A stretch of 64,000 bases of DNA, taken from positions 2,400 through 66,399 of IMG/VR virus record IMGVR_UViG_3300020442_003756; one strand, written 5' to 3'. Shown piece by piece: positions 50,097 through 59,098 of the stretch (within the stretch, counting starts at the first letter, position 1; each line of letters begins with the position of its first letter). Both the position numbers and the translations under genes were made by a program. Source of the stretch: a virus. Below the pieces are notes generated by a model, which was not told the origin of the DNA, did not search any database, and saw only the letters and a list, made by a program, of their open reading frames with translations.

Positions 50097-50465
50097 TTAA
50101 CTAATCTGAACACCAATATTACCTGTACTTCTTAACATTGAAGAACTTACGGCAACATTTACTGCGGGAGTAAATTTATAGGATACAGCTGTTGGGGAAG
50201 TTTTATGTACAACTATTGATGATTTATAATCATCTTTAATTAACCCATCTGAAGGGATATTAACTAAAGTAGCATACGAACCTGAAGCGTTTTTTTCTTG
50301 ACCAGCATAAGAACCAGTAGCATTTCTAACAGTTTCTACTGTAAAATAACCTGACCCACTTAAACCTGTAGGTACTACCATTACAAAAGTGTATTGTGTG
50401 TTTTTTGTAAGTGCTGGGATTGGTTGCCCTGCTCCTCTTAATTGTGCTCCAGAATAATTAGGCAT
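50097..50465 (-). CDS. Small Ser/Gly/Thr-rich late protein, possible virion decoration
   Basis: Late motif at 50478-50487; SGS/TGS/SSS composition like the structural genes. Confidence 0.55.
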   Translation of the reverse strand: MPNYSGAQLRGAGQPIPALTKNTQYTFVMVVPTGLSGSGYFTVETVRNATGSYAGQEKNASGSYATLVNIPSDGLIKDDYKSSIVVHKTSPTAVSYKFTPAVNVAVSSSMLRSTGNIGVQIS

Positions 50466-50485
50466 AAAATATTTTATTATAAATA

Positions 50486-51334
50486 TTATATATTGTAAGT
50501 AAATTGATAACCAGAAAAAGAAGCATTAAATTTAGGTATTCTATAATTTTTTAATTCGACTTCAGGTTCAGGTAAAGTATTTCCTAATACAAAAGATTTT
50601 GATGTCCAAATACCATCACCCGCTGTATGGGAAGTATAATCCTCAACATCTTCTTCTGTCATATCAACAAATGGTAAATAATTTTCATTTTGTTTTCTTA
50701 CCCACCTTACTTGTTCAAATTGATTCATTCTAGGTGCGTAAATATCAAAAGGTAAATGTTCAAGATAAACATCTAAAGCTTTACTTACAGGTAATTGATT
50801 TTTATATAACCATTGAGCCCCTTTTCTATTTAAAATATAGGCATGAGCCGCCCATTGATTAGGCATAAAACGTCTATATGCCCCCCAAGTTGAATTTCCA
50901 TGTAATGGTCTATAATCTCTATCATCAACTAATTTGATTCTTTTATTATATTTACCGAGAAAAATACAACCCCAATTTTTTTCTTCAATTCCATCTCTTA
51001 TTTCTTCAATTGTTTCATAATTAAATACTGAGGTTTTAACTATATCATCTTCAAAAAAACAAGCTGTTTCATCTCCACTATCTAAAAATTGTTTCCAAGC
51101 CATTCTATGAGATAAAGCACAACAAATAATTCCAACAGTCCACCAACCATTAGGATCAACAACAACAGGAGCTAAATTTTCTTTAATAAATTCTTTATCA
51201 TGTTGATATACTTGTCCATCAAGAGCAGTAACAACAGTTGTATTTTCAGTACCTAATAATTCTAAGGTTCTATCTCTTCTATGTTTATGTCTTTCTAAAT
51301 TAATGACATAATTTCTTCCAAATCCTAAATTCAT
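50486..51334 (-). CDS. GT25 family glycosyltransferase
   Basis: YVINLERHKHRR, ALDG, CALSH..AW, FFEDD, AHAYILNRKGA, ALDVYL. Confidence 0.88.
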   Translation of the reverse strand: MNLGFGRNYVINLERHKHRRDRTLELLGTENTTVVTALDGQVYQHDKEFIKENLAPVVVDPNGWWTVGIICCALSHRMAWKQFLDSGDETACFFEDDIVKTSVFNYETIEEIRDGIEEKNWGCIFLGKYNKRIKLVDDRDYRPLHGNSTWGAYRRFMPNQWAAHAYILNRKGAQWLYKNQLPVSKALDVYLEHLPFDIYAPRMNQFEQVRWVRKQNENYLPFVDMTEEDVEDYTSHTAGDGIWTSKSFVLGNTLPEPEVELKNYRIPKFNASFSGYQFTYNI

Positions 51335-51660
51335 ATTGATTTACTTAATTCTTCTTCCATTTCATCATCCATAAAAGCAGCCCATTTACCTTTGGGGCAG
51401 GATGAAGACATAGATCTTATTTTTAAAGCTAATATACAACCACAATCTGCACAACAAGGAGCTGTACCAGGCATTGCACAATGATCTCCTTTTCTATCTA
51501 TAAATTCACATCTATCACAAATTGACCATCTTATATCAGCAATTTGCTCAACATCATCTTTAGTGAATACTTTATTTTTAATCCCTTCCGCTATCGCAGG
51601 TAGATTACCAAATGCATTTATTAATTTATTTAGTCTACTCATACTATTTTCATTAACCAA
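51331..51660 (-). CDS. Cys-rich small protein (DUF6171-like)
   Basis: R.SICDRC...C...CCADCGC.L..K......CPKGKW. Confidence 0.65.
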   Translation of the reverse strand: MVNENSMSRLNKLINAFGNLPAIAEGIKNKVFTKDDVEQIADIRWSICDRCEFIDRKGDHCAMPGTAPCCADCGCILALKIRSMSSSCPKGKWAAFMDDEMEEELSKSI

Positions 51661-52256
51661 CTTTCATCTCCAAAATGGAAAACTTCTTTACCATATGATT
51701 TAATTAAACCCTCTACACCTGGCCAATTATAATCATGACCCGCAATAAAAGAACTATCTTTTAATTTAGGTAGATATAAATCTATATCACTCCTTATATC
51801 TTCTATTTTATGACTTCCATCAATGTAAATAAAGTCTATACTTTTATCTTCAAATTTATCAACAACATTATAACTATAATCACTAATTAATTCAACTTCG
51901 GTTTCTCCTAATTCTTTTCCATTACCATTAAACCATTTTGTATTTTGCCAAAAGTCTGCTTGAACATCTGTCCATATTTTATTATTTATTTCATTCATTC
52001 CTTCTTCACCTTCAAAAGGATCAATACAATATATTTTATCAAAGGCTAAAGAAGAGGCAAATAATAAAGTAGATTCACCACTATAAGAACCAATTTCAAT
52101 CATTTTAGTATTTTCTCTATAAGGGAAAGAAAAATGATGAGCAACAGCACCAATCATATCAATTAAACCAAAAAAGTATCTATTAATTCTAGTTTTTTGA
52201 TTATCCATAACAGTAGGATTCCATTCTATTGGAGGATTAAAACGTGTACTTTTCAT
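51639..52256 (-). CDS. Class I SAM methyltransferase (Methyltransf_24-like)
   Basis: IEIGSYSGES, CIDPF, IDFIYIDGSH, AGHDY. Confidence 0.88.
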   Translation of the reverse strand: MKSTRFNPPIEWNPTVMDNQKTRINRYFFGLIDMIGAVAHHFSFPYRENTKMIEIGSYSGESTLLFASSLAFDKIYCIDPFEGEEGMNEINNKIWTDVQADFWQNTKWFNGNGKELGETEVELISDYSYNVVDKFEDKSIDFIYIDGSHKIEDIRSDIDLYLPKLKDSSFIAGHDYNWPGVEGLIKSYGKEVFHFGDESWLMKIV

Positions 52257-52349
52257 AAACTTAAATTTATCATAAATATTACTTCAAACCAAACTCTGTC
52301 TCTCTTATACAATACATCATCCAGCTATACATATATACTATATAACCAT

Positions 52350-52395
52350 AAGATACACAAAATTATTTGGATTGGCAAGGGGTCTTTAGTATATT
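52350..52395. promoter_or_regulatory. Overlapping divergent promoters
   Basis: + strand TTGG(52367)-N18-GTATATT(52389-52395); - strand TTGC(52378)-N18-GTATCTT(52356-52350). Confidence 0.6.
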
Positions 52396-52401
52396 GTCGT
52401 T

Positions 52402-52743
52402 ATGCAGAATCAGTATATACACTTGAAAACGGACAATCTTGAGACCATCGTTGAAAACGAAAAGAAGGTCATAGTAATGTTTGGTTCAAGATTTTGTGGT
52501 TGGTGTAGAATTATTTTAGAAAAATACCTAAATAGTTTGGCTTCCCAAAATAGTGATAGTATATTTGTGTATATAGAAGCAGAAGATCAAATGGGAAGGT
52601 GGATATATCCAAAGTCCATGGGATTACTACCTAAAGAACCCGATCAATGGCCTTGGTGGGCATGCTTTAAAGATGGTAAATGTATTGATACCATCTCCAC
52701 ATCGGCAGTGTGGGATATAAATAAATGGTTAAATAATTTATAA
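52402..52743 (+). CDS. Thioredoxin-like protein
   Basis: VIVMFGSRFCGWC, FVYIEAE, WP...FKDGK. Confidence 0.75.
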   Translation: MQNQYIHLKTDNLETIVENEKKVIVMFGSRFCGWCRIILEKYLNSLASQNSDSIFVYIEAEDQMGRWIYPKSMGLLPKEPDQWPWWACFKDGKCIDTISTSAVWDINKWLNNL

Positions 52744-52747
52744 TATT

Positions 52748-53158
52748 ATGGAATTAATTATTTTTTATGGTTTTGGAGTTATCTCCGTTAGTATTGCTTG
52801 GTTGCTATATAAGGGTGATAAAATAAGCAAACAGAATGATCACATGCTGAGTCGGCTACAACATCACCTAAATATTTCATCTCTCCGAGAAGCAGATTAT
52901 AAAGAAAAGCTGGAGGGGATAGAGGCGTATATTGGTGATATTAATTCAGATATGAAGAAAGATTCGTATAATTCAGTATCTAAACAGAATAGGAAGCTGA
53001 ATGAATTAAACAAGGAGCTAGACAGGTTAAAGGAAGTGTTTAGTATGGAGCAAGTTAAATGTGATACGCATTTTAAATCGGTGGAAGCTTCTATTAAAAG
53101 AACTAGTGATACGTTGGATGCTTTGAGGAATGATCCTAACTTGTTATCTAGATATTAG
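52748..53158 (+). CDS. Membrane-anchored coiled-coil protein
   Basis: N-terminal TM segment followed by heptad-rich region. Confidence 0.6.
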   Translation: MELIIFYGFGVISVSIAWLLYKGDKISKQNDHMLSRLQHHLNISSLREADYKEKLEGIEAYIGDINSDMKKDSYNSVSKQNRKLNELNKELDRLKEVFSMEQVKCDTHFKSVEASIKRTSDTLDALRNDPNLLSRY

Positions 53159-53361
53159 TATATACTTGGTATATCGCAACCTCTTTTTAAAAGCTCTCTT
53201 TTGATGATGTTGCGTTTTCTAGGCAAAGATTTATAAAGTTTCTGTAATTCGTCTGTGGGGGTTCCTGAAACAGTATAATGTTTCCACGTCCACTGATTAG
53301 TCATACGATTATTCCTATCTCTCTTATATTCTTTAGTACTAGGTTTTAACTTGCTTGGCAT
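53155..53361 (-). CDS. Hypothetical basic protein
   Basis: 68 aa ORF, translationally coupled to the upstream small ORF. Confidence 0.6.
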   Translation of the reverse strand: MPSKLKPSTKEYKRDRNNRMTNQWTWKHYTVSGTPTDELQKLYKSLPRKRNIIKRELLKRGCDIPSIY

Positions 53362-53508
53362 TTAAATTGTTCTGAAGCGTCTGGATGAATTCCAATAAAC
53401 ACGTGGTGTATTTCCTAAGAATTTCTTACGATCTATACGTGTGTTAAAATCATTTCTTATTTGATTTAACTGGGTATTTCCATTGTCTTGGTTAGGTGTT
53501 GAGTTCAT
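53362..53508 (-). CDS. Small hypothetical protein (48 aa, not in ORF track)
   Basis: MNSTPNQDNGNTQLNQIRNDF...RRFRTI; stop abuts the next ATG; ATATTTATA motif at 53519-53527. Confidence 0.55.
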   Translation of the reverse strand: MNSTPNQDNGNTQLNQIRNDFNTRIDRKKFLGNTPRVYWNSSRRFRTI

Positions 53509-53840
53509 AAATTATTTATATAAATATATTTACTATACATATATAGTTCCGGATCAAAATCGCCAAATTGTTATATGAAGTTTCCATTACTTACGTATAT
53601 ATTTGTATATACCAATCGATGTGTAAGATCGTGTTCGAGTTATAAATGGCCCCCAACCTTTTTAAGACGTATACACGCATATATGGACATTAGTGCGCGT
53701 GGATTATGTACATAATATGGCGTACGGTATATATATAGAATATGGTAGTAAGTAAGCATACAGGTATAGGTTATAAAGGTGTACCGCCCACATATTTATA
53801 CCGGGGGTTATAAAGCATATAGTAATAAGTATAGATAACA

Positions 53841-53862
53841 GAAGGGCGCGGATGCGCCCCTC
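53841..53862 (-). terminator. Intrinsic terminator candidate after the RadA-like gene
   Basis: GGGCGC-ATCC-GCGCCC stem followed by TTCTGTT on the minus strand. Confidence 0.5.
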
Positions 53863-53906
53863 TAGGTATTCGGTACCAAGTGAGTACCAATGTAAATAAT
53901 TAAAGG

Positions 53907-54701
53907 TTATATTGCCATATTCAATGGCTCGGTAAATAACCACCCGACATGATTCGCGGTATCTAAACTGAAGAATTGCTTATTCATTTCACCACCACGT
54001 CTATTCTTACTAAACCATATCGCTCTACCTCCCTCAGCATTAAACTTCATATGCGCCATAGCAGTAATCATATGTTTAAATCTATTTGAACCAGCGAATT
54101 CACCACCTTTAGTTACCTGTTGAATAATCATAAAACAAGTATTTTTATTTGATTGGTTTTCACCTTTATTATGTTGCTCAAATATATTAAGTAACTTTGT
54201 TTCAGCATTCTTCATTGTACCACCATGAAAATCTACTACCGCAACTGCTAACTCAGCAAATGAATCTACTAATACTGCATCCCAACCTTCATGTAATATA
54301 GATTTTAATATAACAAGTGGATCATGCTCAATCCAATCACCCATAAATAAAATAGGCAACTGACCGAATTTAGGGAATCGCTTAACCATTCCAACCATAT
54401 CAATTTGGTTCATCTCACCTGATATGAATAATGTTTTATTACCGTTGGATTTTAGGTCTGATAGTATATCTAATAATACAGTTGTTTTACCAACTCCAGG
54501 ATCACCAACGAATGCTACGTTAGTACCTTTCATTAATCCACCTTCACTAGATAATAGATTATCAATTTTCTTATTTGTTTTCATTGGAACGAATAATTCT
54601 GGATTGAATTTGAAATCGTCCATTACCATTGTAGTTGGTTTGAAACGTCTTACAACATTACCACCAATACCTTTGTTTAATTTTACTGTTCTATTTAACA
54701 T
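53907..54701 (-). CDS. RadA/Sms-like RecA-superfamily ATPase (ATPase core only)
   Basis: GDPGVGKTT, FISGEM, VLVDS, QVTKGGEFAGSNRFKH, KNRRG (cf. the Sms KNRFG motif). Confidence 0.8.
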   Translation of the reverse strand: MLNRTVKLNKGIGGNVVRRFKPTTMVMDDFKFNPELFVPMKTNKKIDNLLSSEGGLMKGTNVAFVGDPGVGKTTVLLDILSDLKSNGNKTLFISGEMNQIDMVGMVKRFPKFGQLPILFMGDWIEHDPLVILKSILHEGWDAVLVDSFAELAVAVVDFHGGTMKNAETKLLNIFEQHNKGENQSNKNTCFMIIQQVTKGGEFAGSNRFKHMITAMAHMKFNAEGGRAIWFSKNRRGGEMNKQFFSLDTANHVGWLFTEPLNMAI

Positions 54702-54733
54702 AACCTTTATTATTATTAATTATTTACGATGTA

Positions 54734-54778
54734 AATATACGACTATTTCTTGCGGTATCCAAATATTTCCGCGGAAAT
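54734..54778 (-). promoter_or_regulatory. Early promoter TTTGG-N18-GTATATT with upstream perfect 14-bp palindrome ATTTCCGCGGAAAT
   Basis: Motif at 54734-54763; palindrome at 54765-54778. Confidence 0.7.
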
Positions 54779-54990
54779 GTTATGAACAATCGCGGTTCAC
54801 GTATATACTTTCGTTTTACTCGAAAGGGTTGGCTGCGCGGAATAAAGGGGTTAACACCCACTTCAAATTATCCTCGGCACTATATATCCAACTTTCCATA
54901 CATAACTATGTTTTTATATTACAATATTCAAATATTAATAACTAAGGACATACGTAGATCTAAATTCCCACACGTTCACGAATGAATTAT

Positions 54991-55014
54991 AAACGCATCG
55001 CTTAACATGCGTTT
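54991..55014. terminator. Hairpin AAACGCAT-N8-ATGCGTTT, possible terminator of the glycosylation operon
   Basis: Perfect 8-bp stem in the intergenic region downstream of the GT4 gene. Confidence 0.4.
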
Positions 55015-55102
55015 TAAAATGTATATTACGTTATTTGCTTACAAAGCTTTCCCAAGCCACGTCATCATTTGAATATAAAACCCAGGCTACTACACACGGA
55101 TT

Positions 55103-56233
55103 CTACAGCGTATTCATTAAGTGTAACCATTCCTCTACTCGTTTTTCCCACGACTGTTCTATAACCCATTTCTTATTATCCACCGTTTGCTTATACCACT
55201 TATAATGAAACTCCTTATCATCATGACACGAACCATTATCCCTGAATATAACATCCATCATCAATTGCCTCACATCCGAATCTATCCTCCCACTATCAAT
55301 TATATTTCCTCTGCCTATCAACAATGAATCTAAATTACCCGTATTTGTAGAACATATTTTAACTCCACCCATCATCATTTCCAAGGCAGTTATACAATAC
55401 GTTTCTGGGTACTTACTAGGATATAACCAATATTCTGCTTTACTAATTTCCCTATACAAGTCATCTGGCGCTAAGGCTCCCTTCCAAGTCACACCATCTT
55501 GCTCATCTGGAACATGACCCCACCTCTCACTATAAGGCGGACAACAAACAACCAAAGTAGCATCTGGTAATCCCTGTTTTATTTGAGGCCACATAGCAAG
55601 TAAATTATCTAACCCTCTATCTGTTGCACTACTATAAATAAACCTATTATTGACCTTATCTTCCTCAATGTATTCCCAATCTCTAGGATCAATAGCATTA
55701 TTCACTACTTGTATATACGTATGATCATTTTGGGGTATGTAGCCAAGAGCTTTGTTCACTTCTTTTTTAATTAAAGGTACTTGCCATTCACTCACACATA
55801 TCATTTTAGTTAATCTCTCATCATGTAATGTTGCTTTTACTTCATCATTACTTAATTTCCCACCTTTATAATACTCATGCCAATATTCATTATGAACCCA
55901 AAATAATGATTTTTTAAAATTTATATTACAATCATCTAAGACTTTCATATAATTAATATAGTTGATAGCTATTACCCAATCAAAATCTACAAACGCAATT
56001 GCATTAACTCCTCTATTATTGCCTTGATTTATTATCACATCATGATGAATGTAAGTTACTTTATTTACATAACAACCTTCAACATCACCTACTACATAAA
56101 CGCTATGTCCTTTCTTAGCTAATTCCTCACTTAGTTTAATAACACAATATTCACTTCCACCTATACCTTGATCAACCCAAGTTTGACTATTCCATTTCGG
56201 ATTAGCATAGCCGACATAAAACATTATTTTCAT
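55103..56233 (-). CDS. GT4-like (GT-B) glycosyltransferase
   Basis: GIGGSEY, WVHN, CVSEWQ, YSSATDRGL, YPSKYPETYCITALE. Confidence 0.88.
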   Translation of the reverse strand: MKIMFYVGYANPKWNSQTWVDQGIGGSEYCVIKLSEELAKKGHSVYVVGDVEGCYVNKVTYIHHDVIINQGNNRGVNAIAFVDFDWVIAINYINYMKVLDDCNINFKKSLFWVHNEYWHEYYKGGKLSNDEVKATLHDERLTKMICVSEWQVPLIKKEVNKALGYIPQNDHTYIQVVNNAIDPRDWEYIEEDKVNNRFIYSSATDRGLDNLLAMWPQIKQGLPDATLVVCCPPYSERWGHVPDEQDGVTWKGALAPDDLYREISKAEYWLYPSKYPETYCITALEMMMGGVKICSTNTGNLDSLLIGRGNIIDSGRIDSDVRQLMMDVIFRDNGSCHDDKEFHYKWYKQTVDNKKWVIEQSWEKRVEEWLHLMNTL

Positions 56234-56805
56234 TACTCTATTGTTATTGTTCCTTCTTTAACTGCTACTAATTCACTTTGCCAAATGTTAATTGCAATAG
56301 CATATCTAACACCTCTGGTCACTTGTGTTACTCTATGTAAGTGATTACCTGCATTAAATATTACTAATCTATTAAATTTAGCTTCAATTCTTTCTGGTGT
56401 ATTTTCTCTACCTCTGGAGTGTATTTCTAAATAACCACCATCTATATCCATTGGTTTAGGATAAAATACTGTTCCAACTAATGGTGTTAATATTTCACCT
56501 CCATTATTACCACCTGTTCTAGCCCAATGTTCTTCATCCTTATCAAAATGTTGCATTAAATCACTTTGTGGATGTCCATCACCATAAACACCTGTCCAAT
56601 ATTCAAAACCAATTAGGTTATTAAGTACCAACTGGGAATTATATCTCCAAATGTATTCAATTAATCGTTTTTTAATTGTATTTGCTTCACTATTCCACCA
56701 ACCATTCCACCACATGAAATTTCCATTTGGTCCAAAGAATGATTCATCGTTATCAATTGCTTCTAATAACGGTTTATCTTTTATAAAATCGTCTATTACT
56801 ATCAT
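56233..56805 (-). CDS. 2OG-Fe(II) oxygenase
   Basis: EYW, HFDKDE, GGYL, FNRLVIF, HRVT.V..G.RYAIAINIW. Confidence 0.85.
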   Translation of the reverse strand: MIVIDDFIKDKPLLEAIDNDESFFGPNGNFMWWNGWWNSEANTIKKRLIEYIWRYNSQLVLNNLIGFEYWTGVYGDGHPQSDLMQHFDKDEEHWARTGGNNGGEILTPLVGTVFYPKPMDIDGGYLEIHSRGRENTPERIEAKFNRLVIFNAGNHLHRVTQVTRGVRYAIAINIWQSELVAVKEGTITIE

Positions 56806-56806
56806 A

Positions 56807-58237
56807 TTATTTATGGTCTAAATTTTTAATAAAACTTACTACTACGTATCTTGTTCCTTCAGTTACAGGTCTAGCTCCATGTTTATGAGTTATATTACCT
56901 GGATGAAGTGTACACATTCCAATTTCACTTGGATTAGCTAAATATTTGTATTTAGGGAACCAAGTACCCCCACCTTTAAATTCACCTGGATTTAAATTAA
57001 CTAATGTTGTTATATTACTATAATCATGATGAATATCTAAATGTGGTTGTTCATCTGCTTTATATCTAATAACAAATGATTCATCTCTTAAATGTTTCCA
57101 ACTAGAACCTTCTAATTCGAATCTATCTATAGCTAATGGTTTAATATAATGATTAATTACTTTATTATAAATTTCCTTCATACCTAATGTTTCCATTAGA
57201 TTATCTGTTGTAGGATAAAATTCATGTCTATCAGTAGTCCACTTATGTGCTTCAGCTAAGTTAATTAGTTCCTTACAAAAACGTTTTGTAAATAAAGGAA
57301 ATAAATAAACATGAGTAGCTGGTTCATCAATAATTAAATCATATTTTCTGTCAATTAATTGTTTATTAATGTATTTATAGCTCCATTCTTCCCAATTACT
57401 AGCATCTAATATTTCAAATTTAGTTCTTGGTGATTCAAAATTTTCATCAATTGTTACTGTATTGCCTATATTAATTGAAGGTTTTTCTGCTTCAGCTTTA
57501 ACTTGTTTTACATATTCAGGTGTAAATTCAGTTAATGAATCTTTATCATAATGAGATGATTGATTAATATAATCAACATTAAAAGCATAGGCCCTAAAAT
57601 CTGAATTACCTAATACTTCATTACAATCTTGTCTAGGATGTTTACAATGAATAGCAGACATAAATTCATCATATGGTATTAAATTATCTAAGTAACCTGA
57701 ATCTAATATTTCTTTCATACCCTTTCTAGATATCATATAAGCATGAGTATTAAAAGTATAATCACATCTAACTAATGCCTCATTTACTCGTTCTTCCTTA
57801 TCTTTTTCTAAAGCACTTCTACCTAAGTAACAAATACTCCAATCATCATTTAAATGATTAAGTTCAAATTCAGGAAATTTATCAAATTCCTTGTTTAAAT
57901 AAAAATCTTCTTCTAATATTAGAACATTATGATGACCAGCATTATAAGCACCTTCAATTACTTGATAATGAGATAAAGCACAGCCTATTTCACCTGGAGT
58001 TAAGTCTCTACTCCACCAATCATTTTGAGGTTCTTTAGGGTTACTAGGTAATTTCCACCAATCAGCTTGTTTAAACCCATAAGGTGAATCAATATTACCC
58101 TTAACTAAATCCCAACCATTAATAGCAGGAAATTCATACCATGGAACTGGGTCTTTGAAATTTAGTTGTTCAAGATTATCATATATTCTAGCCGAGTCTG
58201 TAGCTAAGTTAATAACGTAAGTAAAATCTATTTTCAT
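56807..58237 (-). CDS. Fusion of COLGALT-like GT25 glycosyltransferase and PLOD-like lysyl hydroxylase
   Basis: N-half LTPGEIGCALSHY..LILEED..WSICYLGR..THAYMIS..IPYDEF..KHP; C-half VYLFPLFT..FC.ELI, FVIRYKADEQPHLDIHHD, GGGTWF, HPGNITHKHG.RPVTEGTRYVVVSF. Confidence 0.88.
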   Translation of the reverse strand: MKIDFTYVINLATDSARIYDNLEQLNFKDPVPWYEFPAINGWDLVKGNIDSPYGFKQADWWKLPSNPKEPQNDWWSRDLTPGEIGCALSHYQVIEGAYNAGHHNVLILEEDFYLNKEFDKFPEFELNHLNDDWSICYLGRSALEKDKEERVNEALVRCDYTFNTHAYMISRKGMKEILDSGYLDNLIPYDEFMSAIHCKHPRQDCNEVLGNSDFRAYAFNVDYINQSSHYDKDSLTEFTPEYVKQVKAEAEKPSINIGNTVTIDENFESPRTKFEILDASNWEEWSYKYINKQLIDRKYDLIIDEPATHVYLFPLFTKRFCKELINLAEAHKWTTDRHEFYPTTDNLMETLGMKEIYNKVINHYIKPLAIDRFELEGSSWKHLRDESFVIRYKADEQPHLDIHHDYSNITTLVNLNPGEFKGGGTWFPKYKYLANPSEIGMCTLHPGNITHKHGARPVTEGTRYVVVSFIKNLDHK

Positions 58238-58401
58238 AACGTTTCTGTTTTAATTATTTTCCAGTTAAAAGGTTGTCTATTTCTTTGGTATTGATCCATA
58301 GACCATTCAATTCTATCTGTTTCTAATTCTATATTATATGGTTTAGTAGAACAATACTTAGTTTCAGTTATGTATTGTATTTCTATAGTATATTTTTTCA
58401 T
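58234..58401 (-). CDS. Small hypothetical protein (55 aa, not in ORF track)
   Basis: MKKYTIEIQY...IEWSMDQYQRNRQPFNWKII; ATGA overlaps at both ends. Confidence 0.6.
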   Translation of the reverse strand: MKKYTIEIQYITETKYCSTKPYNIELETDRIEWSMDQYQRNRQPFNWKIIKTETL

Positions 58402-58742
58402 TGTAACGAATTAATAAAGTGTAACGTCCAAGCAATTAAACCGTTTAATTGCAGCGCAACTAGATTCCATTGTCTTCTTACAGCTACCTGAAATATAACA
58501 CAAATAAATCCAGTCATAAATAATAAAGGTTCTAAAGTCCATTGTCCAGCTATTAAAAAACCAGTACCCATATAACCAATTCGAGATGACATTCTCTCAA
58601 TTGGTGTAAGTTTTCTTTGTCTTACCATCATTCTTAATACTTCTCTCCACCACCTATACTCACATCTACGGCAAGTTTTCTTATCAGATGTTTTATACAT
58701 CCAATCAGGTTGTTTTTGATTACATTGATTACATTTCCTCAT
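58398..58742 (-). CDS. Zn-finger plus membrane hypothetical protein
   Basis: CNQC...CRRC followed by hydrophobic helices. Confidence 0.6.
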   Translation of the reverse strand: MRKCNQCNQKQPDWMYKTSDKKTCRRCEYRWWREVLRMMVRQRKLTPIERMSSRIGYMGTGFLIAGQWTLEPLLFMTGFICVIFQVAVRRQWNLVALQLNGLIAWTLHFINSLQ

Positions 58743-59098
58743 TCTAACTCATCTATAATTACATCAATATCACCTGGATCATCTATTATATTTTGATAAT
58801 ATTTAGTCCACAACTTATGATCTGTAACTAAACATTGTTTACATATTGTTTTTCTAGTCACTGTACTTAATAATTCATCATAAGCTAATAATTCCATTTC
58901 AAAAGCAGGAGGTAAATTTAATTTACCCCAATCTGAATTTTCACCCCAAATTAATTTTCTATTTATTTTTTGAGCTGCAGAAACCATATTAATTTTTTCT
59001 TCCATCCATTCCATTAATGGAGTAGCTGCAGCATATACAGCGGGTAAATTGGTTGGTTTACTACACCAAGCACATGTTTTACTTTTGCCACTCATCAA
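58739..59098 (-). CDS. Hypothetical protein with two CxxC motifs
   Basis: CAWC and CKQC. Confidence 0.55.
   Translation of the reverse strand: MMSGKSKTCAWCSKPTNLPAVYAAATPLMEWMEEKINMVSAAQKINRKLIWGENSDWGKLNLPPAFEMELLAYDELLSTVTRKTICKQCLVTDHKLWTKYYQNIIDDPGDIDVIIDELE

Noticed and set aside
53704-53943. 79 aa minus-strand ORF
   Set aside because: Overlaps the ATPase end, runs through a terminator-like hairpin, and has atypical composition
54780-54900. Possible tRNA among clustered hairpins
   Set aside because: No T-loop GTTCRA in a cloverleaf context and no acceptor stem found by eye; tRNAscan-SE would settle it
54424-54985. + strand ORFs of 173 aa and 67 aa
   Set aside because: Antisense to the ATPase or spanning promoter/palindromes; no recognisable motifs
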